Shown here in pieces: positions 1 to 14,025 of a stretch of DNA of 64,000 nucleotides. The position numbers and the translations under genes were made by a program. Location of the stretch: contig OZ024749.1 in assembly GCA_964016885.1 (NCBI GenBank), forward strand, positions 51,336,001 through 51,400,000, in the 5' to 3' direction. Source of the DNA: Eledone cirrhosa (lineage: Eukaryota). The notes below the pieces were generated by a model. It saw nothing but the letters and a program-made list of their open reading frames with translations, was not told where the DNA came from and ran no database searches. Position 1 is the first letter of the stretch. Each line of letters starts with the position of its first letter.

Positions 1-938
1 TTGGTATAATTTGACGAATTTCACCCCACTTGGTAAGTGAATAAGGTGTGGGATTTTGTCAATCATTGAAAAAATAATAAAATGTCCACTAATTAAGATA
101 CCATAAACATTTAAATTACTAAACCAATATTTAGATATTTTCCCCATAGTATGATAAGGGTTAAGTGTGAATATCTGTTAGTTCATTCATTCTTAAACAC
201 TTTTAGATTACTTAATCTTTGAAATTTGAGCAATAAAATTAAGAACTAGATTCAAAGTTGTTCATTCTTTTTTTTCCCACGGATTCTTATGAATCAATCA
301 ATCACCCACCAACCCCAGGGAAATAATGTGTGGAGTCTAACTGACAAGCAAATAAATATGAGAGGTGTATTGTACTTATTAGCTGGAAATAATTAAACAA
401 AAGAATTCCCATTTCTAGACCAGAGAGTACTAGAAACAATTAAATAGGTAATTTCTGTAGCATGATCTTAGCAAGTGTACCAACGTAAAGGCTATGTCTT
501 TTAAACAGATGTATTAGATTTCATATTGACAACATAATTGCTGACATTTCTAAAAATATTAGAATATGTATCATAAAATGGTGATAAGCTCCTGGAATGT
601 GCTTTAGGTTCTAGGTAGAGCTATTGCACTTAGCTCATAATTTTGCTTCTGGTTGTATCATTGGCATCTCATACTAATCTAAATTCTTTAGTCTTTAAAT
701 TCTGGGGTTTGTAGCATAATTATACTCAAGACCCAGTCTTCAAAAAGATGACAATGTTTTAGTGTTGTATTAATACTTATGAAATGTTTACCCAGTTTAC
801 AGAACTTTGAATAAAGAAAACTACACCATGTTAAGATTTTTAGTAAAGAAAAAAAAACAGAATTACTAACACAAACTAGTAATATGAAAATTAGATAACA
901 TGCTTTATAATTGAAATAAGTAGGAATATGACATTAAC

Positions 939-1001
939 CTTTGTGCCGTTACAGCCAGGCTGACCCATATCTCCTTTACTTCCTTCCAATCCTGCAAGAC
1001 C
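939..1001 (-). CDS. COL4A1: Type IV collagen exon (63 bp) GLAGLEGSKGDMGQPGCNGTK
   Basis: Minus strand: tttactttcag|GGTCTTGCA...GGCACAAAG|gttaat. Ends in GCNGTK, the hallmark Cys plus N-glycosylation motif of the collagen IV 7S domain. The gene continues beyond the window start. Confidence 0.95.
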
Positions 1002-1152
1002 CTGAAAGTAAAAATCAAAAGCAAATGAATATTAAGAACATTAAAATTTTAATTATTTTTCAAATTTCATGGTGCTTATAACGAAATAATGTAATGAATG
1101 TATTTGTTTTGCAAGGTTTTTTTTATATGAAATCGTGTGTTGAAACATAATA

Positions 1153-1559
1153 TATAATCTTATTTTAATCCTATTTGGGGAGGGTCAGTTGTCCTATTAT
1201 TCCCCAAAAATAATAATAAAACACACTCAGTTTAGTTTGGTTTTCACTTCAGTTATTTTTCTATTTTTATAAATAATTTAACTAGCAATCAATGTTTATC
1301 ATTATCTTTCATCACACATTTTTCTGTGACATCACAGAAAAATGTGTGGTGAAAGAATTTTGAGAAATTATATTTATATTTATATTTCTAACTGCTGCTC
1401 AATCAATGATAAACATTGATTGCCAGCTAAATTATTTATAGAAATATAAAAATATACTGTAGAAAAAAACCAAACCAAACAGTGAGTGTGTTTTATTATT
1501 ATTTTTGGCAATACTAGGACAAGATGACCCTCCCCAAATAGGATTAAAATAAGATTATA
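1153..1559. mobile_element. Fold-back / MITE-like element with about 150-bp inverted arms and an internal hairpin
   Basis: tataatcttattttaatcctatttggggagggtca (1153) is mirrored by tgaccctccccaaataggattaaaataagattata (ends 1559). Arms extend inward to about 1303 and 1405, with an inner hairpin at 1305-1356. Confidence 0.7.
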
Positions 1560-1725
1560 ATAAAAACATAATAAATAGTTGCAATGGAATAAAATATTAC
1601 TCACATAACATATTAAAGAAAATGGGGATTTGAGAAAAAAAGAAAGAAAAGAAATTGAGAAAAGATATATGTATATAATAAACCCTATTGTAGTACAGCC
1701 GACCATGTTATTCTTCATTCATTTA

Positions 1726-1788
<63 letters not shown>

Positions 1789-3694
1789 AAGATATTTTGT
1801 GTGTACATGGAATGGATCATTGTTATATATGCCATCCTGATACTGTTATTATGGCCCTAAGATATATTCATTGATAAGAACTTACATACATCAGAGAAGA
1901 AAGCTGTATTTATTACTCATGTGTAAATCCTGTTTCACAAATGTAAAACCCACAACTAAATAATTATCATGTTTCTGTCATTAGAAACTAAGACTACAAT
2001 AAAAAATAAATAAACTCTTTATTATTTAGCCAGAAGACTTTGTTTGAATATCTCAAAAGAAGGAAACTCCAGTACCCCTTTTTGTAGTATGAGATGGAAA
2101 TTAAAATATGTTAGTATGTGTAGACGAGAAAATACCCTTTGTTGTGGTGTGTGATTAAAACTAAAATGTGTAGAGAGAAGAAAATACCCCTTGACTGTTT
2201 TCAAAATTATTTGAAAAATCACAGAAATGCACCCAGTACACTCTGTATTGTGGCAGTTGTTGTTTGATATTGGTCGTTTGATAGGATTCTTTAGTCCTAT
2301 TGTGGAGATAACCTCTTTAATGATAGTCCCACAATAAGATGCAACCAGTCCACTATGTAGAGTGGTAGTGCTGGTGCCACAATCAAAAGCACCCAGTACA
2401 CTCTGTAAAGTTGTAATGCTGGCCCCATGGTAAAAAGCACCTGGTACACTCTACAAAATGGTTGACATTAGGAAGAGCATCCAGTCATGGAAACCATGCC
2501 AAAAATGGACTGTAAGACAAAATCCTCCAACTCACCCAGTCTCAAATCAGGACAGCTTGTCCAAAATACACCTACTTGGAAAGTAGACATGATACTGATG
2601 TTTATGAGGATGATGATAATGATATAGATAGGTAGATAGATAGATAGAGGCAGTCAGATACTCAGTAATAAGAGTCATAAACATTCCACAGGGTACAACA
2701 TAATTAGCTTTAGCGAGGTATTTTTCATAAAAAGTGCTTAGCAAATATTCATCAAATTATGAATTATTTTGGAGCTACTACTGCTGCTGTGTGTGTGTGT
2801 ATATGTCCGCAAGTGTGTATGTATGTATATATATGTGTGTATGTGTGTGTGTGTTTCACAAGCTTATAGCCATCTAAAAAAAAGAATAACTAGCTTGTTT
2901 AAACCTATGCATGTAATAACCAAGATACTGGGTACATATCTAATTAATTTAGATTTCAGACAATATATTATCTAAAATAAAGTTATTTTGATAATTTCGA
3001 CATTTTAAATAAATCATTATTTCCTTTAATAAATGAAGAAAAAAAAACTTTTTAAAAAAACCATGATAGTTGAAAAGAAAAATAGAAAATTTAATTTTTG
3101 GAGGGGACTAATTTATTTTTAAAAATTATGAAGTTGGGGCAATGCAATACTGACTGACAGTAAAACAGCTCTGACTATACTGTATAGAGGAGAAATGGCT
3201 TTGGTGCCAATCCATAAATAGAACAGGTTTTCTCTCAAAAGTTTCTCTTTATAACTGCCTTCATCAGCAAATACAGAATATTTGGTGAGATGTTTGTATG
3301 AACTTGACCTTTCTCTTCTTTATCTTTAGCATCCAGTCTAAGGAAACATTCCAGACTCCAGCAAGGATTAATATAGAAAAATAAGCTCATAAAACAGGAA
3401 GAAGAAGTATTGGTAGTTTGATACTAATAAGTCTATTACTCCCTCTTACAAAACCAAAAGCAGGCAAGTTACTGCTAAGAGAGAAAGAGAGAGACAAGAA
3501 CATAGAACAATCTTATGATACAGCTGTCATAGTTTGATATACTCACTTCTAATTACAGCCTAAAGATGTTATGGAGTATTTTAAGTATATGTATGAAAGT
3601 CAAAAGAATTATCTGCAAACATATTGCAATTAAATCTACATAATTTTCAGATTTTATTCCAAACTTTAACCATTTTTTTCTTTTTTAGTATTAA

Positions 3695-3852
3695 CCCTTT
3701 AGCATTTAAACTTTCCATATCCGGCCAAAATTCTCTCACCTCTTTCTGTTCAAACTGGCCAGAACCAGCTGTTCTTACTGATGTTAAGGTATTGTTCTCA
3801 AAATAAATAATATCAAAATCTTATAGATTCGATATTATGTGAGATAATTAAT
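3695..3852. mobile_element. Partial piggyBac-type MITE (same family)
   Basis: TTAA CCCTTTAGCATTTAAAC...attctctcacctctttctgttcaaactggcc...gattcgatattatgtgag. Confidence 0.7.
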
Positions 3853-3989
3853 GTTAAAGTGGTTGAGTATTCTACAGATACATGTACCCTTAACGTAGTT
3901 CTCCGGGAGATTCAGCATGACCCAGCTGACCTCTTCGTATTTTAAGCGCACTCCATCTAATCAGCTTCCAAACAATTAGTTTCTCTCAC

Positions 3990-4120
3990 CCCAATTTCAC
4001 TTATAAGGCACAGGTCAACTCAAGGCTATGGTAAATGACATTTGCCCAAGATGGCACGCAATGGAATTAAACCTGGGACTTAATGATTGTGCAGCAAACT
4101 CCTTAACCATTTGGTTATGC
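3990..4120 (-). mobile_element. Old tRNA-derived SINE family D (also about 16110-16230 and 18545-18672)
   Basis: Minus strand: tggttaaggagtttgct...ccaggtttaattcca..gcgtgccatcttgggcaaatgtc..taccatagcc. Confidence 0.5.
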
Positions 4121-4136
4121 TACATTTATTTAATAT

Positions 4137-4355
4137 TGGTTTCTTATATAGGCACAAGGCCAACAATTTTGGGGGGAAAGGGAAGTCGATTAAATCAACC
4201 CCAGTGCGTGACTGGTACTTTATTTTATCAACCCCGTAAGGATGAAAGGCAAAGTTAACCTCAGCGAGATTTGAACTCAGATCATAAAGGGCCGTAACTC
4301 TATGCTGCAAAGCACGGCGTCTGACCCTCTACCGATACTGCCAATCTACCACCCT
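4137..4355 (-). mobile_element. SINE family A
   Basis: Reverse complement of the 32217 copy. Confidence 0.8.
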
Positions 4356-4974
4356 ATTTAATATTATAGAATAAAAGGAATTCTCTAAAACTGGAGAATT
4401 TGATGTTTGTTTTATATGAAGCCAGTGAAGAAGTAGACTCACAAAGACATGGGAGAACTAAAAGACATAAGAATACAATGTTATTTTGGTACAATGGATG
4501 TTTACTTTCAATTTTCTCTAACTTTTGTTACTGTATTTCTAATAAAATACTTTGTTTTTTAATTAACGAAGAATTTGAGAAAGATTTGCAAAAAATATAA
4601 TTTCATTAAGATGGTATTTGTAACATAACAAAATATACTTATATAAATTTATATTGGTAAGTTTTAATGTTGGTAAGAACTCTATAAAAAGCAGGATTTT
4701 GTTTATCAGATTCAGAGACTGTTTTTGGTGGGTTGGTATGAAGGGTGTTGAAACTATAGGACAGAGTGTGTTGAGAGAGCTCCAGGCTTAGGAAGTTCCG
4801 GAAGGAAGGGTTGTTTAGATTACCTAAGAATGAATTCTAGAAGGTTAACCTCAAGATTCTGCTGGGTTCAGTATCACTACACACATCCGACTAAAGAAGT
4901 GTGTCTTCTGTTAGTAGTCCAACAGAAAGAGCTCAATAAAATAAGTATTTGGGATCAATATGATTGATTAAAGC

Positions 4975-5783
4975 CCACTAAGCCAGTACCCTACTAAACC
5001 AGTACCCTACTAAGCCAGTACCCAACTAAGCCAGTATCCCTCCAAGCCAGTACCCCACCAAGCCAGTACCCAACTAAGCCAGTACCCAACTAAGCCAGTA
5101 TCCCTCCAAGCCAGTACCCAACTAAGCCAGTACCCAACTAAGCCAGTACCCAACTAAGCCAGTACCCAGCTAAGCCAGTACCCAACTAAGCCAGTATCCC
5201 TCCAAGCCAGTATCCCTCCAAGCCAGTATCCCTCCAAGCCAGTACCCAACTAAGCCAGTATCCCACCAAGCCAGTACCCCTCCAAGTCAGTATCCCACCA
5301 AGCCAGTACCCAACTAAGCCAGTATCCCACCAAGCCAGTACCCCTCCAAGCCAGTATCCCACCAAGCCAGTACCCCTCCAAGCCAGTATCCCTCCAAGCC
5401 AGTATCCCTCCAAGCCAGTACCCCTCCAAGCCAGTATCCCTCCAAGCCAGTACCCCACCAAGCCAGTACCCCACCAAGCCAGTACCCAACTAAGCCAGTA
5501 CCCCTCCAAGCCAGTACCCCACCAAGCCAGTATCCCACCAAGCCAGTACCCCACCAAGCCAGTATCCCACCAAGCCAGTATCCCACCAAGCCAGTACCCC
5601 TCCAAGCCAGTACCCCTCCAAGCCAGTACCCAACTAAACCAGTACCCCACCAAGCCAGTACCCAACTAAACCAGTACCCCACCAAGCCAGTACCCCACCA
5701 AGCCAGTACCCCACCAAGCCAGTACCCTACTAAGCCAGTACCCAACTAAGCCAATACCCCACCAAGCCAGTACCCCACCAAGC
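4975..5783. repeat. 16-bp minisatellite, about 50 copies (AAGCCAGTA[C/T]CC + CACC / CTCC / CAACT-type variants)
   Basis: Directly visible. Source of the Trp/Gly-rich pseudo-ORFs. Confidence 0.95.
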
Positions 5784-6417
5784 ACAGTCTAATGACAGAA
5801 ATGAGTAAAACAGTGAATAAAAGTTTTTTAAATATATTTCTTAAAACTACTCCAAAAATGTTAATAAACTTTTTTTAAAAAGCAGTCAAAACTGTTTTTC
5901 ACAGAATGTAATGCAGCTGGTTATATCTAAGCAAGTAGGTGTTTTTTTTTTAAAAAAAGACAGAATTTATAACAGATTGTTTTCTAATAGTTGTATTCAG
6001 AGAAATATTTTGTTACCAACAATGTGAAAGAAGTGGGAAGAAGACAATCGTATGAGAAAACAACAACAAAAAAGTAAAATGTTTATAGAAGACAAAGATC
6101 TATTTTTGTAAAAATTAGTAAATAGTTCCATTAAGTAAGAAAAGATGAAAAAAAAAAGAGACTGCAAAAAAAAAAATGAAAATAACATCTTTTATAACTA
6201 CGCAGAATCTTGTGAAATACTGTAAGAGTGCCAAGAGATCGGTTGAAATGTTCACTACAGCTTACTGACAGAAGATGTCTCACAAAATTTTTTTAAAGAA
6301 ATTTAATAGAAACAAAACACAAATTCGATGGTAATGATGATAATAGTTAAAAGTTATTTGATTGCAAACGAAACATTTGTTGAATATTTTGTAAGGAGTC
6401 TATAGGAAATCGATTTA

Positions 6418-6765
6418 ATAATAATAATATAATAATGAAATTATTGTGTACACTGCTCAGGTGCACTACAACTCATCAAAGGTGCATGTATAGTACATAG
6501 AATAATATACAAATATCAGGGAAGTGAATAGTGTATCAGTCATGATATACATGTGTGCATGTGTATGGAGGGGGAATATTAGGTGTAGTGTTGGCGAATC
6601 TCAGGAAGCATGGAGGTTTTAAAGGATGCAGTGTCTCGACAGCTAATAATTGATGCAGGTAGTTTGTTCCATGCTTCAGCAACTCTGAGCGTGAAAAAAT
6701 GTTTCTGAAAGTCATGGGAGCTGTGCTGTTTTCTGACATGCCCATGTGTGTTAGACATATTGAAA
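6418..6765 (-). mobile_element. CR1-like LINE 3' end with 3' UTR and ATT tail
   Basis: Minus frame RKQHSSHDFQKHFFTLRVAEAWNKLPASIISCRDTASFKTSML...* shows the typical F.R..WN.LP motif. Confidence 0.75.
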
Positions 6766-7309
6766 TCAAAAAGGTACTCATTTAAATATGTTTTGTAATG
6801 AAAGTGAAATGGTTCTTCAGACTCAAGATAGTATTACGACACATCACATCAAAATAATGTGAGAAATTTAACACTAAATGTTGTATAAAAAATAAAGGTG
6901 TTTATATGATGATCTAAACAGGGGTATAGGTACTTTGAAAGATGCTTAAACATAGTTGGAATGTTACAAGGAATTCAGAACATTGACTAAGCAAGCATCT
7001 TAACCACATATACTTGCCTGCACTCAAACACATACATAAGTGATAGCGCAGGTGGTTCGATGAAAAGCATCCAGTCAATCTTGTAATAAGTATTGGTGCC
7101 ACTACGAAAAGCACCCTGCCCACCCTGTAAGGTGATTGTGCTGGAGTCATGATAAAATGCTCCCTGTTCACATTGTAATGTGATTGGCATTAGTAAGGGC
7201 ATCCAGCTGTAGAAACCAAACCAAAAACAGACTGTATGAGCAGGATTTGGTCATCTGACTAGTCTAACTTCAGTATGTGACAACTCATCTAATAACTCAT
7301 ATATGTGTA

Positions 7310-7346
<37 letters not shown>

Positions 7347-8164
7347 GGTTGATGTTAGGAAGGGCATCCAGCTGTAAATATTCCAGCCAAATTTACAGTT
7401 CCATCTGAGCAAGGTATGGTATGGCATGGCCAACTGGTCAGATTTGTCTCATGACGTGGGTAACCCATCTAATCCATGCAAGCATGGAAAATGGACGTTA
7501 AATGGTGATGATGAGGAGAAAGATATATGCTGCAAATAAGTTTGTATTTCTATAATATATATCTAATAAACAACAGAATTGTCCTATTAACTATTTTAGT
7601 ATAAATACATAATACAGTTTATGATTTGCTTAAGGAATGAGAAGAAATATTCACAGACATTTATTTTTTGGCTTATGAAACTCTGCTTTATTCAAACATC
7701 TATGTAAAATAATTCCAATGTCATCAACAGATATTACGGTATATAGATAGTATGGTATATAGGTATAAGTATGAACAAGTCATGGGATAGTGAGATATTT
7801 GATTTAGATACATACTCATAAATATGTGCTTATATATATTTTTTTTTATTAGCAGAGCCAGACAAAATCAAAGATTAGATGTAGATGCTTTGTTTTGTTT
7901 CATATTTTTTTTGTTGTTGCTTTTTCTTCTTATATTTTTGTATTTTCTTTTGTGATGTTTTTTAATGATGTTTATATTTATTAAGTCAATGAATATCTTG
8001 CTTGTAAAACCAAACTGCCAAACTGTTCCTTTAGAGAACCAATCAGCAGTTGGAGAGGTACATTAGATAATATTTTCATCTTAGACGATTCTATCCTATA
8101 TGACTAAGTAAAGAGGGTAGGCAGAAAGATTGGAATGCAGAAATAAAATGGTTAATACTATTTC

Positions 8165-8213
<49 letters not shown>

Positions 8214-8372
8214 ATATATATATATATATATGTGTGTTTATATATATATATATGTGTGTATATATATATATGTGTGTATATATATATATATATATGTGTA
8301 TATATATATATATGTGTATATATATATATGTGTGTGTATATATATATATATATGTGTATATATATATATATA

Positions 8373-8422
<50 letters not shown>
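8165..8422. repeat. (TA)n/(TG) microsatellite, representative of dozens (e.g. 21610-21850, 31353-31605, 33040-33385, 35920-36170, 43850-43990)
   Basis: Directly visible. Confidence 0.95.
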
Positions 8423-10471
8423 ATAGAACAAAGCTACTCTGTGAAAGATAATGAGCTTGTAGACAAAGCATAAATCTAATTTAGACTTATTTGCTAATTC
8501 CTAGCTTTGAGAAAATAAAAAAAAAAGCTGTAAGAAATTTGAGAGCGGTGTGATCGTCTGGCTGGCTATATATTCAAATGAGCTAACAATGACAGACTAT
8601 TTTACTTCATTTCAGTACACCCCTAGCTATTTTCTATTACAGTATCTGAATCTAAAAGTATATGGCTATGAAGTTGTAAGCATTTTTTTAAAATATATAT
8701 TATTAAATTACATAATTTTGTAGGGTGTTTAAATGCTAAAATAGAACTGGTATATCAGATGAATTATGAATTATTTAAGGATAAATACTGACTTTTGTAT
8801 ACTTATAGTCCTGTGGCTCCCGAGGGAGTGATAGGGTTGCTGTATTGACATACAGAGTTTTTAGGGCATTTTTTTTTAAACCTGGCAGAGCCCATCATCT
8901 TTGATTTCTTTTTACTTCTATGTAAAATAAATATCCTGTTAAATGTGGTAACTCCAGACAATGTTTTAATATTATTACACATCTTCAGTAAAGTAAAGAC
9001 CACTTAGAACTATCAAGATATTTGAACAATTAATAGATATAGTTATTTTGTTATGTGAATTTGCAGATTTATTTGATGCACAACATCAGCTGCATGGCGA
9101 AGAGAGACTTTCATGCATGAACAACTACTTGTCTTCCATGAAAAGTTTTTCTCAGAGCAATGCCTTGGAGAGGAACTCCTTAGAGCAATGCCTTGAAGGA
9201 GAACTCCCGAGAGAAAATCCATAAGCTCACAAGACACATAGAGGTCCCAGATATATCATGATTGCACACACCTATCTACAAACAAGTTTATACAAGTAGC
9301 TATGCAGAATCAATGTATAAACACATTTTTGACCTAGCAAAAAATGATCATTTGAAATCTATGTCACGGAGTAACTACATATTTTTTAAACAATATTATA
9401 CATTTCTGTAAAATGTATTCTCGTGATAAAGACTACACTCTCCATACTGGCAGTTACTACTTATCAAATAAACAATGTCCGTCTTATATGACAGGTATAC
9501 CTAAACAATCCTAGTAGCTGCTTGAAGGCAAACATTGCCAATCACACAAACAAATTGTGATAAAGTAGTTTAACGCTGCCTGTTGAGATTGTATCCTGAA
9601 ACTTTTTGCATGACAGTTTTAAAGATAAAATTCTTTTCACAGTATATTACAAAGACTTAGTTCAGATAAAGTAATTTAACTGATAAAATTTGTATAAATA
9701 GTTTGTTACATAATTCAACTAGGAATGATGAATATCTCTTAAAATATTTTTAAAATCAGTTTATTCTTCTCTGTTTTCAATTTTCATGTTTGTTATTCAT
9801 TTAGAACCAAATATTGCTGCTCACAGCACACATAGTATATAAATAATTTTCAAGCACAGCTTGGAAAAACATAGAACACATTTCAAGACTACTCTCACAG
9901 CCTGAAAACTACTTTACCAATTTATTTCGTTTTCTCACAATTTTCTATTTTTCTCATATCATTTACATGTTGTGTATTGTTTTTGTTGTTGTTGTCAGTG
10001 GTGTGGGTGTTGTTGTTGTTGTTTTCAGGGTGGAAATATGATTCTAAGTCAAGGGAAGAGACTATATGCTCTCTGTTGAATCAGATTTATGTGCCATAAG
10101 TGTGTAACATACAAGGTAATTATCCTATGTAGTGTCTTTCTTTCTTTCTTTTGGTGGGGCAGGGAAGGAGTTTGATGGGTAAGAAAGAGACGGGGATGGT
10201 TATAACTATCTCAAACGAAATATGTCATATGCCGCAGTTGGTTTTTTAAAGTAAAGTTTGTTTAGCTTGCTTACAGGATTTTTTTTTTTTTTGGTGAGGT
10301 GGTTGGTTGTGTGCAAGATAAAAAAAAGAAGTTATGTTAAATCAACTTTTCAAAAAATGTCCACCCTAGTGCTCCAGCATGGTCTTAACAGTGATGATTA
10401 AAATAGACTATATAGAGATAAATGATTATAGAGATAAATGTCTTATTATATCCTTTTATTATTTATGAGAA

Positions 10472-10989
10472 AGGGCAATGGATTGGAAGGTCAGCAAAGC
10501 ATCAGACGACATGCTTTGTGATATTCAGTTACATCCCTTTACGTTCCAAGTTCAAATCTTACCGAGGTTAGGTTTGTCTTTCATCCTTACAGGTTGATAA
10601 AATAAATTACTAGTAACGTACTGGGGTTGTCTTGAGTTCAAATTTCACTGAGGTTAACTTATGGTCAGCCTAAGAACTTTTCAGCTGTCCCTTGTATATT
10701 GTGACCCTTTTTTTTTTCTCCTTTCCCTTTTTTTATCTATTCTACACCAGAAAAGAAGAAATAAAATCCAAACTATTGACTTTTAGACATAAAAAGATAA
10801 CTGTTTCTACTTTTGGCACAAGGCCAGCAATTACTCCAGTGTATTACTGGTACTTTATTTTATCAACCCTGTAAGGATGAAAGGCAAAGCTAACCTCGGT
10901 GGGATTTGAACTCAGAACGTAAATGGCCATAACTCTATGCTGCAAAGCATGGCATCTGACCTTCTACTGATACTGCCAATCCACCGCTC
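10472..10989. mobile_element. Two SINE family A copies in opposite orientation (about 10472-10627 +, 10800-10989 -)
   Basis: Sequence similarity to the 32217 copy. Confidence 0.75.
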
Positions 10990-11012
10990 TTTAATACAGA
11001 AATGTTATTCTA

Positions 11013-11590
11013 CTATTACAACATCTGCTCTACTACTACTACTATAACCACCACCACTACTACTACTAGCACTGTTACAACATCTGCTCTACTACTACTA
11101 CTATAACCACCACCACTACTACTACTAGCACTATTACAACATCTGCTCTGCTACTACTACTACTATAACCACCACCACTACTACTACTAGCACTGTTACA
11201 ACATCTGCTCTGCTACTACTACTATAACCACCACTACTACTAGCACTGTTACAGCATCTGCTCTACTACTACGGCCATTACTACTACTACTACTACTACT
11301 ACTACTACCAGTATTACTACTACTACTACAGTTACTATTACCATTATTACTACTATTACCACTACTACTACCATTACTACTACTACCACTATGATGATGA
11401 TGATGATGATGATAGTGGTGATGATGGTGATAGATGGTGATGGTGATGATAGTGATGATGGTGATGATGATAGTAATGGTCAAGATGATGATAGTGATCG
11501 ATAACAATGAAAGTGATGATGGTATTGATGATGGTGAGGATGATGGTAATAGTGATGATGGCAATGATGATGATGATGATGATGATGACG
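11013..11590. repeat. About 60-bp unit x4 built on (CTA)n, then (CTA)n and (GAT)n
   Basis: ttacaacatctgctctactactactactataaccaccaccactactactactagcac repeated. Confidence 0.9.
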
Positions 11591-11647
11591 ATACTGTTCA
11601 AACATTTAACTATTAACTATGTCCTTTTTCATAATTGAAACATTTAA

Positions 11648-12224
11648 CCTTTTAACATTTACATTACTCTATATATAGTTACGCCCCATTATGATCTGAG
11701 TTCAAATCCCGCCGAGGTTGACTTTGCCTTTCATCCTTACGGGGTCGATAAAATAAAGTACCAGTAATGTACTGGGTAATTGCTGGCCTTGTGCCTAAAA
11801 TAGAAACAATTATTATATTTCCACAGTAAAGGCTTTACCTTACAAAGTTATCTCACTTAATATCAAATCTATGAGATTTTGATGTTATTTATTTTGAGAC
11901 CAATACCTTAACATCAGTATGAGTGGCCAGTTACAGCCAGTTTAAACAGAAAGATGTGAGAGAATTCTGGCCAGATATGGCCGATTTAACCCTTTAGCAT
12001 TCACATTATTCTATAAATACTATTATATTTTCATGGTAAAGGCTTTACCTCGCATAGTTATCTTACATAATATCGAATCTATGAGATTTTGAAAGTATTT
12101 ATTTTGAGAACAACACCTTAACATCAGTATGAGTGGCCAGTTACAGCCAGTTTCAACAGAAAGAGGTAGAGAATTCAGGCCGGTTTTGGCCGGTTTGAAC
12201 ATTAAAGGGTTAAATGCTAAAGGG
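11648..12224. mobile_element. piggyBac-type MITE with a second copy of itself nested at 11990-12209 and a SINE fragment at about 11690-11812
   Basis: TTAA-CC(C)TTTAGCATT...AATGCTAAAGGG-TTAA termini. The inner copy is flanked by TTAA at 11986-11989 and 12210-12213. Confidence 0.8.
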
Positions 12225-12492
12225 TTAAACATTTGCAGAGTTCTCAACATTTATCAAATATTCCCCTCTTGTTTTGTTTTTAAATAAAGCAAAATAAAAT
12301 TTTAAACTATATTCTTAAATTTTCTTGACTCTGTTAAAGAAGACATCTTCTGAAATATTAAATATATGTTAATAAGTGCACTAAAAAGTTGTTGTTTGGA
12401 TGGAAATCATTTGGGCGTTTTATATTATATTATTTGTTTTTATTTTATATTATTTTTTATAATCTCAATTCGTTTCCTTTTTAGATCTGTCC

Positions 12493-12524
<32 letters not shown>

Positions 12525-12559
12525 AGTGTGTGTGTGCCTATATATATATGTGTGTGTAT

Positions 12560-13346
12560 ATATATGATATGTATGTATATATATATATTTATATATATGA
12601 TATATATATATATATTTATATTATATATATGATATATATATATATATGTATTTATATATATATATGATATATATATATTTGTATTTATATATAAATATAT
12701 GTATATATATATATATATGATATGTATATATATATGATATATATATATATATATATATATGATATATATATATGATATGTATATATATATGATATGTGTA
12801 TATATATGATATGTGTATATATATGATATGTATATATATATGATATGTGTATATATATGATATGTATATATATATGATATGTATATATATATGATATGTA
12901 TATATATATATGATATGTATATATATATATGATATGTATATATATATATGATATGTATATATATATATGATATGTATATATATATATGATATATATATAT
13001 ATGATATATATGATATATATATATATGATATGTATATATATATATGATATGTATATATATATGATATGTATATATGATATGTATATATATATGATATGTA
13101 TATTTATATGATATGTGTATATATATATATATATATGATATATATATATATGATATGTATATATATATATATGATATGTATATATATATATGATATGTAT
13201 ATATATATATATGATATGTATATATATATATATGATATGTATATATATATATATGATATGTATATATATATATGATATGTATATATATATATGATATGTA
13301 TATGATATATATATATATATGATATATATATATATATATATATATG

Positions 13347-13377
<31 letters not shown>

Positions 13378-13490
13378 GATATATATGATATATATATATA
13401 TGATATGTATATATATATATATGATATATATGATATATATATGATATGTATATATATATATATGATATGTATATATATATATATGATATG

Positions 13491-13538
<48 letters not shown>

Positions 13539-13869
13539 ATGTATATATATATATATGATATGTATATATATATATATATGATATGTATATATATATATAT
13601 GATATGTATATATATATATATGATATGTATATATATATATATGATATGTATATATATATATATGATATGTATATATATACATATGATATGTATATATATA
13701 CATATCATATATATATATATATACATATCATATATATACATATACATATCATATATATACATATACATATCATATATATACATATATATATATATACATA
13801 TCATATATATATATATACATATCATATATATATATATATACATATCATATATATATATATATACATATC

Positions 13870-13907
<38 letters not shown>

Positions 13908-14025
13908 GATATATATATATGATATATATATATATATATGATATATATATATATATATGATATATATATATATATATATATGATATGTATATATATATAT
14001 GATATGTATATATATATATATATAT
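12560..14025. repeat. (TA)n-GATATG compound satellite with an internal inverted segment
   Basis: Units tatatgatatg switch to catatcatata at about 13696-13875 and switch back by about 13907. Confidence 0.95.

Noticed and set aside
5186-5745. Trp/Gly-rich ORFs and a CRISPR-like look of the 16-bp array
   Set aside because: Pure tandem minisatellite with no unique spacers and no cas genes. The ORFs are by-products of the repeat.
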